Assembly: GCA_012295275.1 (NCBI GenBank)
Contig: CM022679.1
Coordinates: 7,874,001 to 7,938,000, forward strand
Length of the DNA stretch: 64,000 nt
Direction of reading: 5' to 3'
DNA from: Chrysomallon squamiferum
Taxonomy: Eukaryota; Animalia; Mollusca
Position numbers and translations under genes: made by a program. The notes under the pieces are model-generated. The model did not search any database. It was not told the origin of the DNA and saw only the letters and a program-made list of their open reading frames with translations. Below, one piece after another: positions 14,245-29,238 of this stretch; position 1 is the stretch's first letter, and each line of letters begins with the position of its first letter.

Positions 14245-14760
14245 AATTTACAGCCACTAAATAAATAAAAATATAATTATATTTATATTCATTAAACTGC
14301 AAAATGGACAGATGATCTGCCTTCAGAGGAAACTTTTGATTACAAAGTATGAATCCACAGAACACATTGAAATAGAATATTTACAACCATTAAATAAATA
14401 AAAGATATAATTACTTTTTTGTACATTAAACTCTAAACGAGCAAATGATATTCCCTCGGAGGAAACTTCTGATTACAAAAATATGCATTCATGGAACATC
14501 ATGTAATAGAATATTTACAACCATTAAATAAATAAAAATAATAATCTGTTATTTTTCATTGATTAAACTACAAATGAGTAAATGATATTCCCCCAGAGGA
14601 AACTTTTGATTACAAAATATTTATCCAAAAAAACCACCCGGAATGTTTAAAAACATTAGATAAATAAAAATGCAATTATTTTGTATTCATTAAACTACAA
14701 ATGAGCAAATGATCCTGCCTCAGGGAAAAAGCTTGTAACTACAAAATATTCATCCCGACA
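14245..14760. repeat. Degenerate tandem repeat of 120-135 bp, about 4 copies
   Basis: CATTAAATAAATAAAA...CATTAAACT.CAAATGAGCAAATGAT....CAGAGGAAACTTTTGATTACAAA recurring. Confidence 0.8.
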
Positions 14761-17726
14761 ACATCGTATTACAACGTCTACATCGGAGCTAATGACCTCT
14801 GGTCATTCCGTGGATTCTATGGTGACCAGGCAATCTGCAGCAAACTCTACCTACATCCAACGTTCAGACAACACGGCACCAACGACATCGGCATGGAATT
14901 GAATAACAAAAAGAATGGAATTTAGCTTCAGACAATGAATGTAAACAGCCCTGCCCACCAGACACATTTGTGTTTCTCCAGAGGATTTCGTGTGCAGGTT
15001 TTAAAACTCTTATTAACTTTTCAAAAAGAGCTTTTGAGGAAATAAAACATTAATAATATATTGAAAATAGGAGTAATTGGAATGAAATTCAAACTGATTT
15101 ATTTAAGACAAACTTGTTACAGAATTACGTAGAGATTTGTAAAATTATTAACATTTTCCAGTCTGTGTAAACACTTTAGAAAAGCTTTTAAAACATATAA
15201 TAAATGATAATTCTGAAAGTGGAATTTTACAAACAAATTTAAATTGACTTATTCAAGTCTGAACAGGTTGAACATTTTCAGAATTACATAATTTGTGGCT
15301 ATTACCAATAAAATATATAATTTCACAAGATGTTTTAAAGAAAGGAAACATTTCTTAAAATTAATTTAAAAATATATATACATATGTAAGTTCAAAATAG
15401 ATTTATCTCTTATGTCTAAGAGTATCTTTAACTAATTTTTAAGGAATTAAAAAAAAATTTAAAAGTTTAAAATATATATGAAAAATTTCTGTCTTAGCTA
15501 CAAGAATGTTTATGACTGAAAAAAAAATGAATGAAATTAAAAAAAAATTAATTAAAAAAAAAATATATATAAAATGAATTTATATCTTAGCTATAAGATT
15601 TAAGGAATTAAAATATATGTGTGTGTGTGTGTGTGTTCTTATCTCTGCTCTAAGAATTTCTAGTACTAAATTTTTATAGAATTAAATGTTTAAATATTTG
15701 AAAAAAATATATGAGTTTAAAAAAAAATATATGCATAAAATAGATTTATTATCTCTTTGCCAAAAATGTTTTAAGGAAATAGAAAATAAAATATATGAAT
15801 TTAAAAATATGTATAAAACAGTTTTATCTTTTAGCAATGAAAATCTCTCTATGTTTATTGACTGTTTCCTTTTCTTTCTGTTTTAATATTGATTTTTAAA
15901 ATGTAAGCAAGTTTCCCCCATACATACTCTCAATTCTAAAGTATAGATTCTTATTGATCAGAAATTGTTGAAACATCTGAAACAGAATCAAGCTTTGGCA
16001 ACTTAAACGTTTCAGATAACTGGGATTTCAGTATTTTAATCCTAATATTATTTTGTCTATTTGTTTATCAAACTGTTTCAACTTCAAATTGAAAGAGACT
16101 AAAAAAAGCTTTTTAAAAATGATAATAATGATGATGATGAACTTGATTAGAAAAAGGAACATAAATGATGAGTTAAATCATTTTTAAAAATGTTTCCATT
16201 TATAACCATTATTTCCAAAAATTGTTGCAAAAATAAATATAACAAAAATTTAAAAAACAGCAGAAATAATAATAATAACAATAATAATATTAATAAATGA
16301 ATTAATAAAAATAATAATAAAAATAACAATAATAATAATAATAATAAATAAAAAATAATAATAACAATAATAATAATAATAATAACATAAATGAAGAACA
16401 CTAAAGAAAATATAAAGTGATGTTTTTATAATCAGTTTTCCTTTCATGTAAATCTTTACGTATCAAACTCAAATTAAAACAAATGAACAGCAAGACAATT
16501 CCCAATTCCCTATCCTAAAAATATCTGTAATTTTAAAAACACAACAAAACAATTGCTGGCAGCAACAATCAGATACTAATAGCCATGAATTCAATTGAAC
16601 ATGTATTTCTTTTGTTATTATTATTATTAAATAAATATTAAATAATAACATATGAATATAACTGATATGTCCATTACAGTTGAATGGAAACTGATTCATT
16701 AAAACACATAAATAATTTGTTATTAATATAATGGATGCATCCATTACAATGGAAATTAAACAAATTTGCTGGCTGTTATTATTATTAACTACATATTAAA
16801 TAATTTGATATTAATATAATGGAAAGGAAACAAATGTAAAACACAAACTTGTTGTCATTATTAGTAAAAAAATATTAAATAATAAATATGAACGTTATTG
16901 ATAAAATGTTACTATGAATGAAAAGCAAGCAAGTCAATAAAATACATCCTTCAGATTTTATTATTACTGAATACAAATTCATACAATAAATACTGATGAA
17001 GATTATGAATGATATAAACTGTTATGAGTAAAAAAGAAAGACAGACAATAAAACACACATTTCTGGTTGTTATTATTGTTATTATTATTGTCAAATAAAT
17101 ATCCATTAACTGTGTGTGATGAACACTGTATTACTGAAATAACTCTCACAGCAGTTCAAAATGACTAAATAAACATTCATTAAATAATGCATGCAGTGAA
17201 TATCATTGACATAAATAATACAACAATTCAAAATTATTAAATAAATTTCCGACTGTTTATGAATGAATGCAGTTAAAATAATTCAAAATTATTAAATAAA
17301 TGTCTGTGATGTATGTGACTGATTAAAAACTGCTGCAACAGTTTTTCGAAAAAAAATGTCAACTGAGAATCTTCTCGGCATTTTATGGAACCACTAAAAC
17401 AACTAGAGAATGTCTGCCAATGTTTTCGTGACGGAGAGACAGAAAAAGGAAAAAAATTGCCATGAATCACTGGAACGTAGGACAATATTTCACTGACATT
17501 AAGAACACAGCTTGACCATATTATACAGCAATGAAATTAAGTTTAGCGGAGAACTGCTGCGAGCTGCGGGTCTGTTATTAATGTGTTTGTTTGTGGGTAC
17601 AAATTCATTATGAGGGGCAGTTGAGAAAACACTTTTACATTTTATGCAGGTTAAACACCCCCAAAGGTGTAATATATGAAATGATGATAATCATTTCAAA
17701 TGCCAGAAGCTCAATGCTTAGCTGAA

Positions 17727-17789
<63 letters not shown>

Positions 17790-18411
17790 AAAAGATATAT
17801 GAAAGAAAACAGAGGGAGAGAAAACAAAAACCAAGGGAAAAGTGATAAATAAATAAAAAAATTAAAAAAGGAGAGAAAAAGAGACAGAAAAACTGAGTGA
17901 ATTTTAAGACAGAATAAAAATGTTAGAATGAAAACAAAAGTGGAAGGAATGGTAAAAAAAAGAAAAAAAAAGAAGAAAGAATATATTTCCTGACTTGTAA
18001 CAATGGAAGTGGAGTTTTGAAAACACTTTTCTCACCATGCATTGCTGTATGACACAATGCAGATTCTAGTCTTCACACGGGTCACATGAAAAACAACACT
18101 AAACACAATGGAATGGTAAAACCTGGAACTAACCTGCAGAATTCAATACAGGACAACTCAAAACTTGACAACCACTGCACAACAGTTCTGTTATAAAATA
18201 GGACATTTCTTTCTGAAACTACTAGTACATTAGTACATATGTCAAAACTGTATTATTTGTAAAATATCTGCCTTCACTGAAATATTAATGAAACATCTAT
18301 TAGCACAGTACTGTCATACATGTGTGAAAACTGTTATTTATACAGTATTTCTGATCACTGTAACAATACAGTATCAACACTGGTATTCCTATGTCACAAA
18401 TATACAATAAA

Positions 18412-18850
18412 ATGATCACCTCTTGATCCTAGTCTTTAGGTAATGTCTAGTCTTTTACAAGTACATGATGATCACCTCTTGATCTGCACCTTTAGGCAAT
18501 GTCTAGTCTTTTACAAGTGCATGATGATCACCTCTTGATCTGCACCTTTAGTTAATGTCTAGTCTTTTACAAGTACATGATGATCACCTCTTGATCTGCA
18601 CCTTTAGTTAATGTCTAGTCTTTTACAAGTACATGATGGTCACCTCTTGATCTGCACCTTTAGTTAATGTCTAGTCTTTTACAAATACATGATGATCATC
18701 TCTTGATCTGCACCTTTAGTTAATGCCTAGCCTTTTACAAATACATGATGATCATCTCTTGATCTGCACCTTTAGTTAATGTCTAGTCTTTTACAAATAC
18801 ATGATGGTCACCTCTTGATCTGCACCTTTAAATAACGTCATAGTCTTTTC
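18412..18850. repeat. Minisatellite, 56-bp unit, about 7.8 copies
   Basis: Unit TGATCACCTCTTGATCTGCACCTTTAGTTAATGTCTAGTCTTTTACAAGTACATGA starts at 18413, 18469, 18525, 18581, 18637, 18693, 18749 and 18805. Confidence 0.95.
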
Positions 18851-19516
18851 AGGTAATGTGACATGCAAAATGTGTTTATTGTTTAAAGCTGAACAGCAAC
18901 ACACAATCAAAAAGGTCACTGGAACAACCAACCTTTGACTGTCTTTACATTGACTTAAAACTTCCTTGTTTCAAACCCATTTAGTTCGCTGGGTAAATAG
19001 AGTTTCATTAGAACTGCACACCTTCATTACATACATTTCTGATTCTGTCTGAGGATTAACAAGCTTATACATCATGCCGAACTGGTCAGAGGCATCAACT
19101 ACCCTACAAAGCAGGAATATTTGGTCTGTTTTTTTCAGTTTGCTGTTTTTTGTTGTTGGCTTCATCACACCTGGTTGGTTGATATCAGATCAGTGATGAG
19201 TTGCATGGCTTGTTGCTGAGCTGCTCACCTTCGATGGATTCTTGTTTCTTTGATCCATATGGACTTTTAGGTAATTCTGATTCATCCTGATTATTGAGTT
19301 GTGTAATTTGGAATCAGTCACATATATAAATATATCTACATGGAACTGTAGATGGACATGTACATGCATAGTGTTACTCTCACACACAAACACACAAACA
19401 CAAAAACACAGAGACACACACATAAGTAAATATAATTACACAGAACTGGTTAAAGTAGCCTTTTTTTATATTTGTTTCCATCTTTAAGTCTTTATTTATT
19501 TATATATTTTTGTTTG

Positions 19517-19558
<42 letters not shown>

Positions 19559-19613
19559 TTATATTTCTTATCATCATATCTGATTTTAACTACCTTTATT
19601 TTGTATTATTATA

Positions 19614-19651
<38 letters not shown>

Positions 19652-22600
19652 TACTATTATTATTATTATCTGTTTCCTTCATACAAACAATGCACATCAA
19701 TGACATATTAATTTTATTTATTGCACAACTTAAATGGAAATAATATGGTTGCTTGTTTTGACAATGGTTTCCATTATCTGATATGTGATCTGACAATTTC
19801 TTGGCTTCATAACTGCAACTGATAGTTATATAATAAGTCTGTGTCCATCATGTTTAAAATTATTTATTCTAGAAATCTGTGTTCACAGCTACACCCAAAC
19901 TTATTTATGTAATATTTACAATTACAATTACAATAATAATTATAACTTATATTATAATTACCAGTTTATTAACTTATATAACAGTACATTTTAATTACAT
20001 AACTGTACACCATTGATTTAATGTTATAATAATTTACTCTGTAATTACATACCTATAACAGAACATACACATTAACATTTTCACAACATTATTATTATAT
20101 GACATTGTAATTATATAACATTACATTATAAAAAAAAAAAACATTATATTTATATACCAACAAAAATTATACCAACAGTAAATTATATTTATGTTCTGTA
20201 AATTAAAATCATCCATAATAAAATAAAAATTATTTAAAATTAAAAAGTTCCAGTATTATTCATATTCTGGCTCTGAATGGCTGAAAGGCATTTGGTTTAC
20301 ATTATCTTTTTGAAAACAATGAATATACAGACCATTTTCACCATGGGAACTATAAGTTACAAATTGAATTTTATATATTTATTACTAAATTTTTCTGACA
20401 AAAACATACCAACCGAAACTACAGACAGAAAAACAGAAGAAAAAAAAAAAAAATATTTAAAATTAAAAATTTTCAAGAAGGCATTTGGATTTTATTTTTT
20501 TGCTCAGTCGAAAGATTTTTTTTTTTTTTTCTTTTTTAAAATTATTTTTTTTCTTTAAATTTGACATAGAGAATAAGAATTTAAATTGTAATCAAATTCT
20601 AAAAGGCCTTGTAGCCAAGTGGATTCCTGTGCTGTTGGAAAATGTCTGTGAAAACAAGTTTAATCCAAACAAACAGACACGCACATTGTTTTAAAGCCAG
20701 CACAAAGCAGTGTGTTATTGACATCAGAGTTTGAAAAAAACGTCAAGAATTAGAATATGTCAGAAACATCTTCGTCTAATTCTACCAGGAACAAAAAAAA
20801 AAAATATTTACATAAAAGGAGGGTTCATTTTTTTTTTTTTTTTCCTTTATTCTTTTATTTCTTCTTTATTTTCTTTTTGTAATAATAATAATAATAATTT
20901 TGATTATTATTATTATTATTGTTGTTGTTATTATAATTATTATTTTATTGTTATTTTTAATGTTGTTATACAGTTATTATTGTCATCATTAGTGTTGTTG
21001 TTATCATTATTATTATTATTGTTAGTGTTTTTGTTGTTTTTATATTAAAAATAATAGTAACAACAATATTAATAATAATAATTATTATTATTAATATCAT
21101 TGTAACTATTATTATTATAAATGCTGTAATTTCTATTATTATTAAAATAAAAATAACAGTAATAAAGATAACAAACACTAATAATAATGATAAATAATAA
21201 CTACAACTATAACAACAATAATGATAAAAATAATAACAACAATGATAACAATAATAATATTATTAACAACAAAATAAAAATAACAACAAAAATATTAATA
21301 TTATTTTATTATTATATTTTTTAACTCTTTTTTTCTGCTTTAATATTTTTTAAACCTATTCTCACTGGTATAAAGGCAAAAAATACCTTTTTTTGTAAAA
21401 AAAAATAAAAAAAAAAAATAAATAAATATACTGTTAGATATAGCACTCACTAAGCTGGGACACTGGTTTAAGGCAACCACTGATGAAGACAGGTTACATA
21501 TGAAGCAGAACAGCTCAGACATTTAATTCACAACAAACTAACAGCTTACTAACTGTGTCTCTGAACACTGTAAATTAGCTGTTATTAAGTGCTGACTAGA
21601 AGGTTTTTACATACAGCTCTTAACTATCAAAATCAAAAGATATTTTTTGTCTATACATTTCTATACAGAAAGGAGATCCTTCAAATAAAAATAGTAGTAA
21701 TACTTTTAATAATAATAATGATGATGATATAGTACTACTACTAATAGTGGTAGTGATGATGATGATTGTGATGATGGTGATGATAACAATGATGATATAT
21801 TACTACTATTACTAATAATAAAAATAATGATGATGATGATGATGATGATGATAAGAGCAAGAGTTTAAAAATCAGTAAAAAAAAAAGGAATATTACATTT
21901 TATATAAATTAAAATTTGATCAAAGCAACATGACTCAGGAACAATATCAGTTTAAAACTTGATGAAATTGTTCATCTCTTGATAAATAATAATATTGTTC
22001 AGTAATCAAATACTACAACAACCTTGTCACACATATACACCCCCACATATACACAACAACTGGAAAAAAAAGAAGAAAAAAGACAGGCATTTTCTAAAGT
22101 CCTAAAACATGTTCTTACATAAATTTCCTTTTCATAATAATGTTTGTTTAAGAAAAAAACCCAAAACAAAAAAAAAACAAAGGAAAAAACATTTTAAGTG
22201 AACCCGTAAAAGCAATAGGACAATATAAATCTATCAAGTAGTTTGATTTTTAAAATTCAAATGTTACACAATATTTATGTCAATAATTCACACACTTTAA
22301 AAAAATATAAACAAAAATAAACCAAAAAATTTAGCCAAATGTTTAAGCATTTGTTTTGAAATGCATTGGAAGGAATCACATACATACATACATACACAGA
22401 CATGAACAAGAAAACAACAAAAACCTGACTGTCATTTCTAAACAAGAGACAAACCTGGAAACACATCAACCGGTGAAGAATAATTTGTGCATACCACTAA
22501 GTACAAGAAAACAAAAAAATATATATATATCATTTATAAATTTAAAATCTTTCAAAACTTTTATTTGCTAAGGGCTGAACCAGACGGAATCATGACTGTC

Positions 22601-24727
22601 TATAAATCTGTCATAAAGCAAAACAAGGAACTGTTGTCTGAAATTTATCACCCAAAGTGAAGCACATTAAGTCTGGTTATCCGACTTACATCATAATAAA
22701 ACCTGACTTAATATTCAGAGGAGAAAGAACACAGGAAAAACACAAAGTCATAAATTTAAGAGATTCTACTTGATATTTGTGGGAAAAGACGAGATTTTCC
22801 GCAAAGATATAAATATGATAATGCAATAAAAGTCTGAAGTTTTGATGCAGATAAGATCTTTCTTAATTTATAAATGTAATTTCATACTTGTGCTCAAGTC
22901 CTTGGTTTCCCCAAAAAACTTTAAAAATAAATCTGAAGTCTCAAACTTTTGCTTTGCTATGGATCTGATTTTTTCTTTCTTTCTTTATTTTTTTGAGTGT
23001 TGCCTAATTCACACAAACATGTTGCTTACATTTAACAAAGTGAAATTTTGGGGCAAGTTGACTTCAACCCCCCAAAAAAATAGATGTGAGCATTAACTTT
23101 CAAATGTACTTGGAATAATTAAAGCTTAAAAACAAGTGGTAATGTTAAACTTTAATTCACTCCTACTTGCCAATCACATTTTACTCTGTTGTAAAGATAC
23201 TATTTTTGTAAGATTCAAAAATTCCAAATAAAGATGAAATTAAATTTGATAATTCCAATATTAGCAAAAAACAACACATGAAAAGAAATATTAAACACTT
23301 ATTCATGGTATTTTTTTTTTACTAGCACCTGTCAGAAAATAAAAAAAAATAAAAAAAATAAAATTCCCTCATCTTAACAAAAAATTACATTATCAACAAA
23401 AAATCTGTGTTTTATCATGGCAAGTTTCATATTCAAACTAACAGCAATAATAAAAAAAAAAAATCAAAAAAAAAGAAATCTCTATTTAGAAGAAGTAAAT
23501 GATTGAAGATAATGAAGTTAGGGTTTGGGTAATGAAAAAGACAAGTAAAAGTAGATCAGCAATTCTTCATGGCTGCCTTCGTGCCGCAGCAAATGAACAT
23601 CATCGGCACATACAACAATGTCTACACACCACCCACAGCGTTCACTCTGGCAATACTAAAATCTAAACAGATGAGCACTGGGTAAATGGGCCACAGATCA
23701 CTGCTTCACTTCACATGCAGTGGTTTGTAAGATCAATTCACAATGATGGACTGGCTGTTATAGGGAACACTTTTTTTTTTTTTTTTTTTTTTTAAATATT
23801 TACAAAAGATACTAGCCTAAACTGTTTTATATACCTTAAAATACACATTAATCTTTGAATTTAAGTTGATTTAGAAATCACTGAAATGTCTTTCTTAGTC
23901 TTCTTTTAAAAAATAAATAAATAAATAAATAGAAAGTGAAAGAAAAAACCTAACACTGCTATAATTACTGATTCTTAAAACTTATAAATACCAGAATTAG
24001 TAAATAATGAAAGTTTTTTTTAAACTGAAAGTGAGTTATAGTTCATGATACAGTGTTTATAGGATGAAATCTTGTTGAAGAGTATTGTAAAACATGACAC
24101 AGATGACAGAAATAAATTCTTGCTTGAATCAAGTATTCTTTGCATACTCTTGAAACCATATATCAAAACATTTTATGTCATGGACCCTGGCTGGAATAGG
24201 AAAAAGTCTGTTGTAAGTTTCAAAAGGCATTGATTCCAAAACCAATTATACTTCAAGATATTTTAAAATTATTAAAAGATTTAAAACAAAACTATGTAAG
24301 TCAAAACTTTATTTGGAAAAGCTCAGCAAAAACAAAATCCATGAAAAACATTTCAAGTTTACATCTTCTGCAAGTTTCACCTAACAGTTCAAACAAAATA
24401 ACTCCATTTTATACCTCTTACAAACACAAAAAAAAAAAAAATCAAAATTTTTTTTTTTTCCCCCTTCAACTTATCCATTTTCTCTTTTTCCTTTCTTTTA
24501 CCTCCATCTACACTTTCAACCGCAGAAAACTCTTAATAATTAGGCCACAGTTGTGATTACATCACTACTCTCTCCACAACTACTGCAGCTTCTTTGACAG
24601 CATCTAAACATGCCAACACCAACAATTGAAAAAAACAAAACCAAAAAACCCCCAACAAACTTGTCAAGAAAAAGAGCTAGAAAAAAGCTCACATCAGGAG
24701 CAGCAGATATTCAAAGCATGTGGCCAC

Positions 24728-24781
<54 letters not shown>

Positions 24782-26529
24782 AATTCAGTGATTACATCGG
24801 CAGTACAATGTAGATGTGATACCTGGTAATTTTAAATGATTCCAAGAACACACACATACACACAGTGGTCTCCAGACATTTTGAGAAAATGAAGAGAGAT
24901 AAAAAAAAATATATATATATATATATACACAGATAACAATTCATGATCTTAAAATAATAGCATTATTTTTGTGGGTTTTTTTTAATATATATATTTTATT
25001 TCATTTATTCTAAAAGTCCTATTTTTGTATCTTTATAGGTGTGTGTGTGTGTGTGTGTGTGTGTCCACATCTATAAAGATAAAAAAATAAGACTTTTAAA
25101 ATAAATGAAATGAAACAATATTTATTGGTTTTTTTTTTTCTTTTTTTTTAAAATCTTTGCTTTTTTATTTTGTTGTGTATACATTTTATAAACATTGTCT
25201 TTGTACATATTTCTGATCATATATAATTGATAAACAGATAATAAAACACAGTTCAAGTAAATAAACAAACAACATAAACAACAACAACAAAATGTCAAAA
25301 ACATAACAGATCTAAAAAAAATCACGATTTCAAAATGTTTTCCTTTATTTATTTCCACCTCTATTTAAAAAATTTTAATGGCTACAGGTGAATGGAAAAG
25401 GTGAATGGAAAAGGTGACTGAGTTTAAATAAATAAATAAACATTGTAGTTTATGTCTTTGCTTTCTTTGATTTGTTTTTCTTTAGAATTTAAAACAAAAA
25501 TGAATGTATTTATGCTTGTACAATAGCATCTGTTTTGTGTGTGTGTGTGTGCATGAATGTATGTATTCTTTTTTTTAAACTTTATTATCTCTTCCTTCTT
25601 TCTTTTTTTTTTTTTTTTTTTTTTGTTTTTTTTTTTTTTCTTTCACCTGATCATAATCTTCCCAACATCTTCTTCATAAAATGTGTAATTTTAGATTTTT
25701 TTTTTGGAAATTTAGTAAAAAAAATTTAGTTTTTTTTTTCCATATTATTGTTTATTTTCTTCCAGTTTTTCTTCATTTAATCCATCAAGTTAAAGACAGA
25801 TAATCCATCAAGAATCCATATGAATAATTTCAAGTCTGTTGTTGTTGTTTTTTTAAAAAACTTTTCAGGAAAAGAATTAGGACTGAGTTGCAGAAGTAAT
25901 ATGATAATGTTAAACAATTCAACAGTATAATGAAATTCTAAAATATCTTCATCATAGTAGCTTTTAAATAAAGAATTTTTTTTTTTTTTTTAACTTGAAT
26001 GTTTTCTTTTTCTTTTAGTTTAATTTTATTTATTTGTTTGTTTCTTCTATTTTTAAAATTTATTTGATTAAAGTTTTATTTTTATATTTATCTTTTTCTA
26101 TTATTATTATTTTCTTTAGTTTGAAATTTATTTGAATTTTTCTTTCTGTTTCTTTTTTCTTATTTCAAACTAATATATATGTGTGTGTGTGTATGTGCAT
26201 GTGTATGTATATATACATAAATGTGTGTATGTGTGTGTATATATATATATATATTTTTAACTTTTTCTTATTCACAATTATCTTTTTTATTTCTGAGTTG
26301 TTGGTTTTTTCTATGCTTTTATTTATTTTTTTTTTTTATTGTTTTTTCATCTTTCTATTATTACTAAAAGATTAGTGAAACAACTTAAAGAGTTTGATAA
26401 GTAAAATACTCTATAAAGACACAGTAAAAGTAATATCTTCATAAAACAAAGTCGTTTAAATAACAGATCAGTTTCATTTGCTGTTGTTCTTTTTTCAGTC
26501 GTCAAACTGATGTTACATAAGACAGTCCA

Positions 26530-27240
<711 letters not shown>

Positions 27241-27489
27241 AATGAGTATTTAATGCTATTTACAGTGTATTAACAGAAAGGTCTGCAAGTTAACCCCGCG
27301 GGTGTTGCACTGTGAGAAGTGACCGGAGAGAACAGTGGTTTTAGAAAACAAGGGTTAACAAAGCACAGGCTCTGCTGCAACTGGCCCATGGCAAACTGGC
27401 CATGTGCTTTTTATCAACTCAAGCAAAAACAGCAACAGAGCATTTAGCTGTGGATAACTGAATTGAGAACGATTTAAATTGTTCTTTAT

Positions 27490-28370
27490 TTATTTGTTTA
27501 AACCCTGTCACCTTTTTCATGCACCTGTCTCAATTAAAAAAAAAAAAAAAAAAAAAGGTAATGTACAGGTGGAAATAGATTTAAAAAAAAAAAAAAAAAA
27601 AAAGGCAAAAGATTTATTCAAGTGAGGAGAAACCAGAAATAAATAAATGAACCTTTGGAAAAACTCTTTTTTATATTTTTTTTAATTAATTTATTAATTT
27701 GTTTTATTATTATTATTTTTTGTTTATTTATTTAAATTCCAACACCTTTTCCATTCATCTATTGCCATAAAAAAATAAAGTAGAGGTTGAAATAAATAAA
27801 TAAACCTTTTAAAAAAAAAACATTATTTTTATGCTTTTGTTATGGTTTGTGTGTGTGTGTGTGTGTGTGTTTTAATTTATTTATTTTATTTGTTTATTTT
27901 TTAAATTTATTTATTTAACCTCTTCCATCATCTATTTCTATAATAATTAAAGATGAAAATAAATAGATGAACCTTTTAAAAAACATTACTTTTTACTTTT
28001 TTTGTTTTATTTTTTTTTTATTTTATTTATTTATTATTATTTATTATTATTACTATTATTATTATTAGTTTATTTTATTTAATTTTTTTAATTCACTTAC
28101 ACTCTGTCACCTTTTCTGTATAAAGAAAAAATTAAATAGAGGAGGAAATAAATTAATGAACTTTATTTTTTATTTTTGTTATTTTTCTTATTTATTTTTA
28201 TTTATTTTTTTTTGGTTTATGTTTTTTTTTGGTTTATTTTGCTTTTATTTATTTTTTTATTTTATTTATTTATTTACTTATATTTTGTCATGTTTTTCAT
28301 TCACCTGTCTCATCAAAAAATATAGGTAGAAGTTGAAATAAATAAATAAACATTTTAAAATCTATTTTAT
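27490..28370. repeat. Highly degenerate tandem array of about 200 bp units, about 5 copies
   Basis: TGTCACCTTTT.CATTCACCTGT...TAGAGGTGGAAATAAATAAATGAACC cores near 27505, 27743, 27918, 28105 and 28287, separated by T-rich tracts. Confidence 0.65.
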
Positions 28371-28649
28371 TATTCTGGTATTTAATGTGTTTTGGTGTTG
28401 TTGTTTTTTTTTTTTTAAATTTTTGTCTTTACTGAAAGAAAGAATTTTTTTCTTATTCTTTTTTTTTTGTTTTTTATCTTCAACTATGAAAAAAAGCCTG
28501 ATAATTTAAAAAAATAAAAAATCCTACAATTTAAAAATTATTTTATAACAAATATTTTCTTTTCTTTTAATTTAATTTAATTCATTTATTTACTTTACCA
28601 ATAAGAACTTTTTAATTTTTATTATCAAATATCATTTAATTAAACTATA

Positions 28650-28700
28650 CAGTGAAACCCCTTTAAACCAGACCCTCTATTTATGGAATTTTCACTACGC
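28650..28700 (+). mobile_element. Tc1/mariner-pogo-like terminal fragment
   Basis: TA|CAGTGAAACCCCTTTAAACCAGAC resembles TA-flanked CAGT-type TIR starts. No matching second end was found. Confidence 0.3.
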
Positions 28701-29202
28701 TTTAAAAAAAATGTTAATAAAAAAAATAAAAGAAAAATAAAAAAAAAACAAAAAAAATAATAAGAAAACAAAAATATATTTTTTTTTCACCAATGTTATT
28801 TTCTTTTCTTTTGCCGATGTTTTTGTTTTGTGTGTTTTTTTAAAATATTCCATGACTTCTGCAAATAAATAACTTTTTAGATCTTGGGTTTTTGCATGAC
28901 AAGTTAAGGTAATTCAATTTAGTATGAAAAAAACAACAACAAAAAACAAAAACAACAAAAAAAAAAAAAAAAACAACAACCAAAAAAAACAACACCTACT
29001 GACAGAAAAAAACCAAGCTTTATTAAATTGTTAACCAAGGATTTCTTTCTGTGTTTAAACCTGTCTAATGAAACAACTGTATGCTTTTATTTTTTTATCT
29101 GCTAACATATACTATTAACATTATATATCTACTTACAGGAAGAAAACAAAATATCAGTTACTTTATTTGCATGTGAATGTGTTTATGTGTATGTGTGTGT
29201 GT

Positions 29203-29238
<36 letters not shown>

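Noticed and set aside
18412-18850. Regular repeat array as possible CRISPR
   Set aside because: Contiguous tandem units without unique spacers, no cas genes, eukaryotic context.
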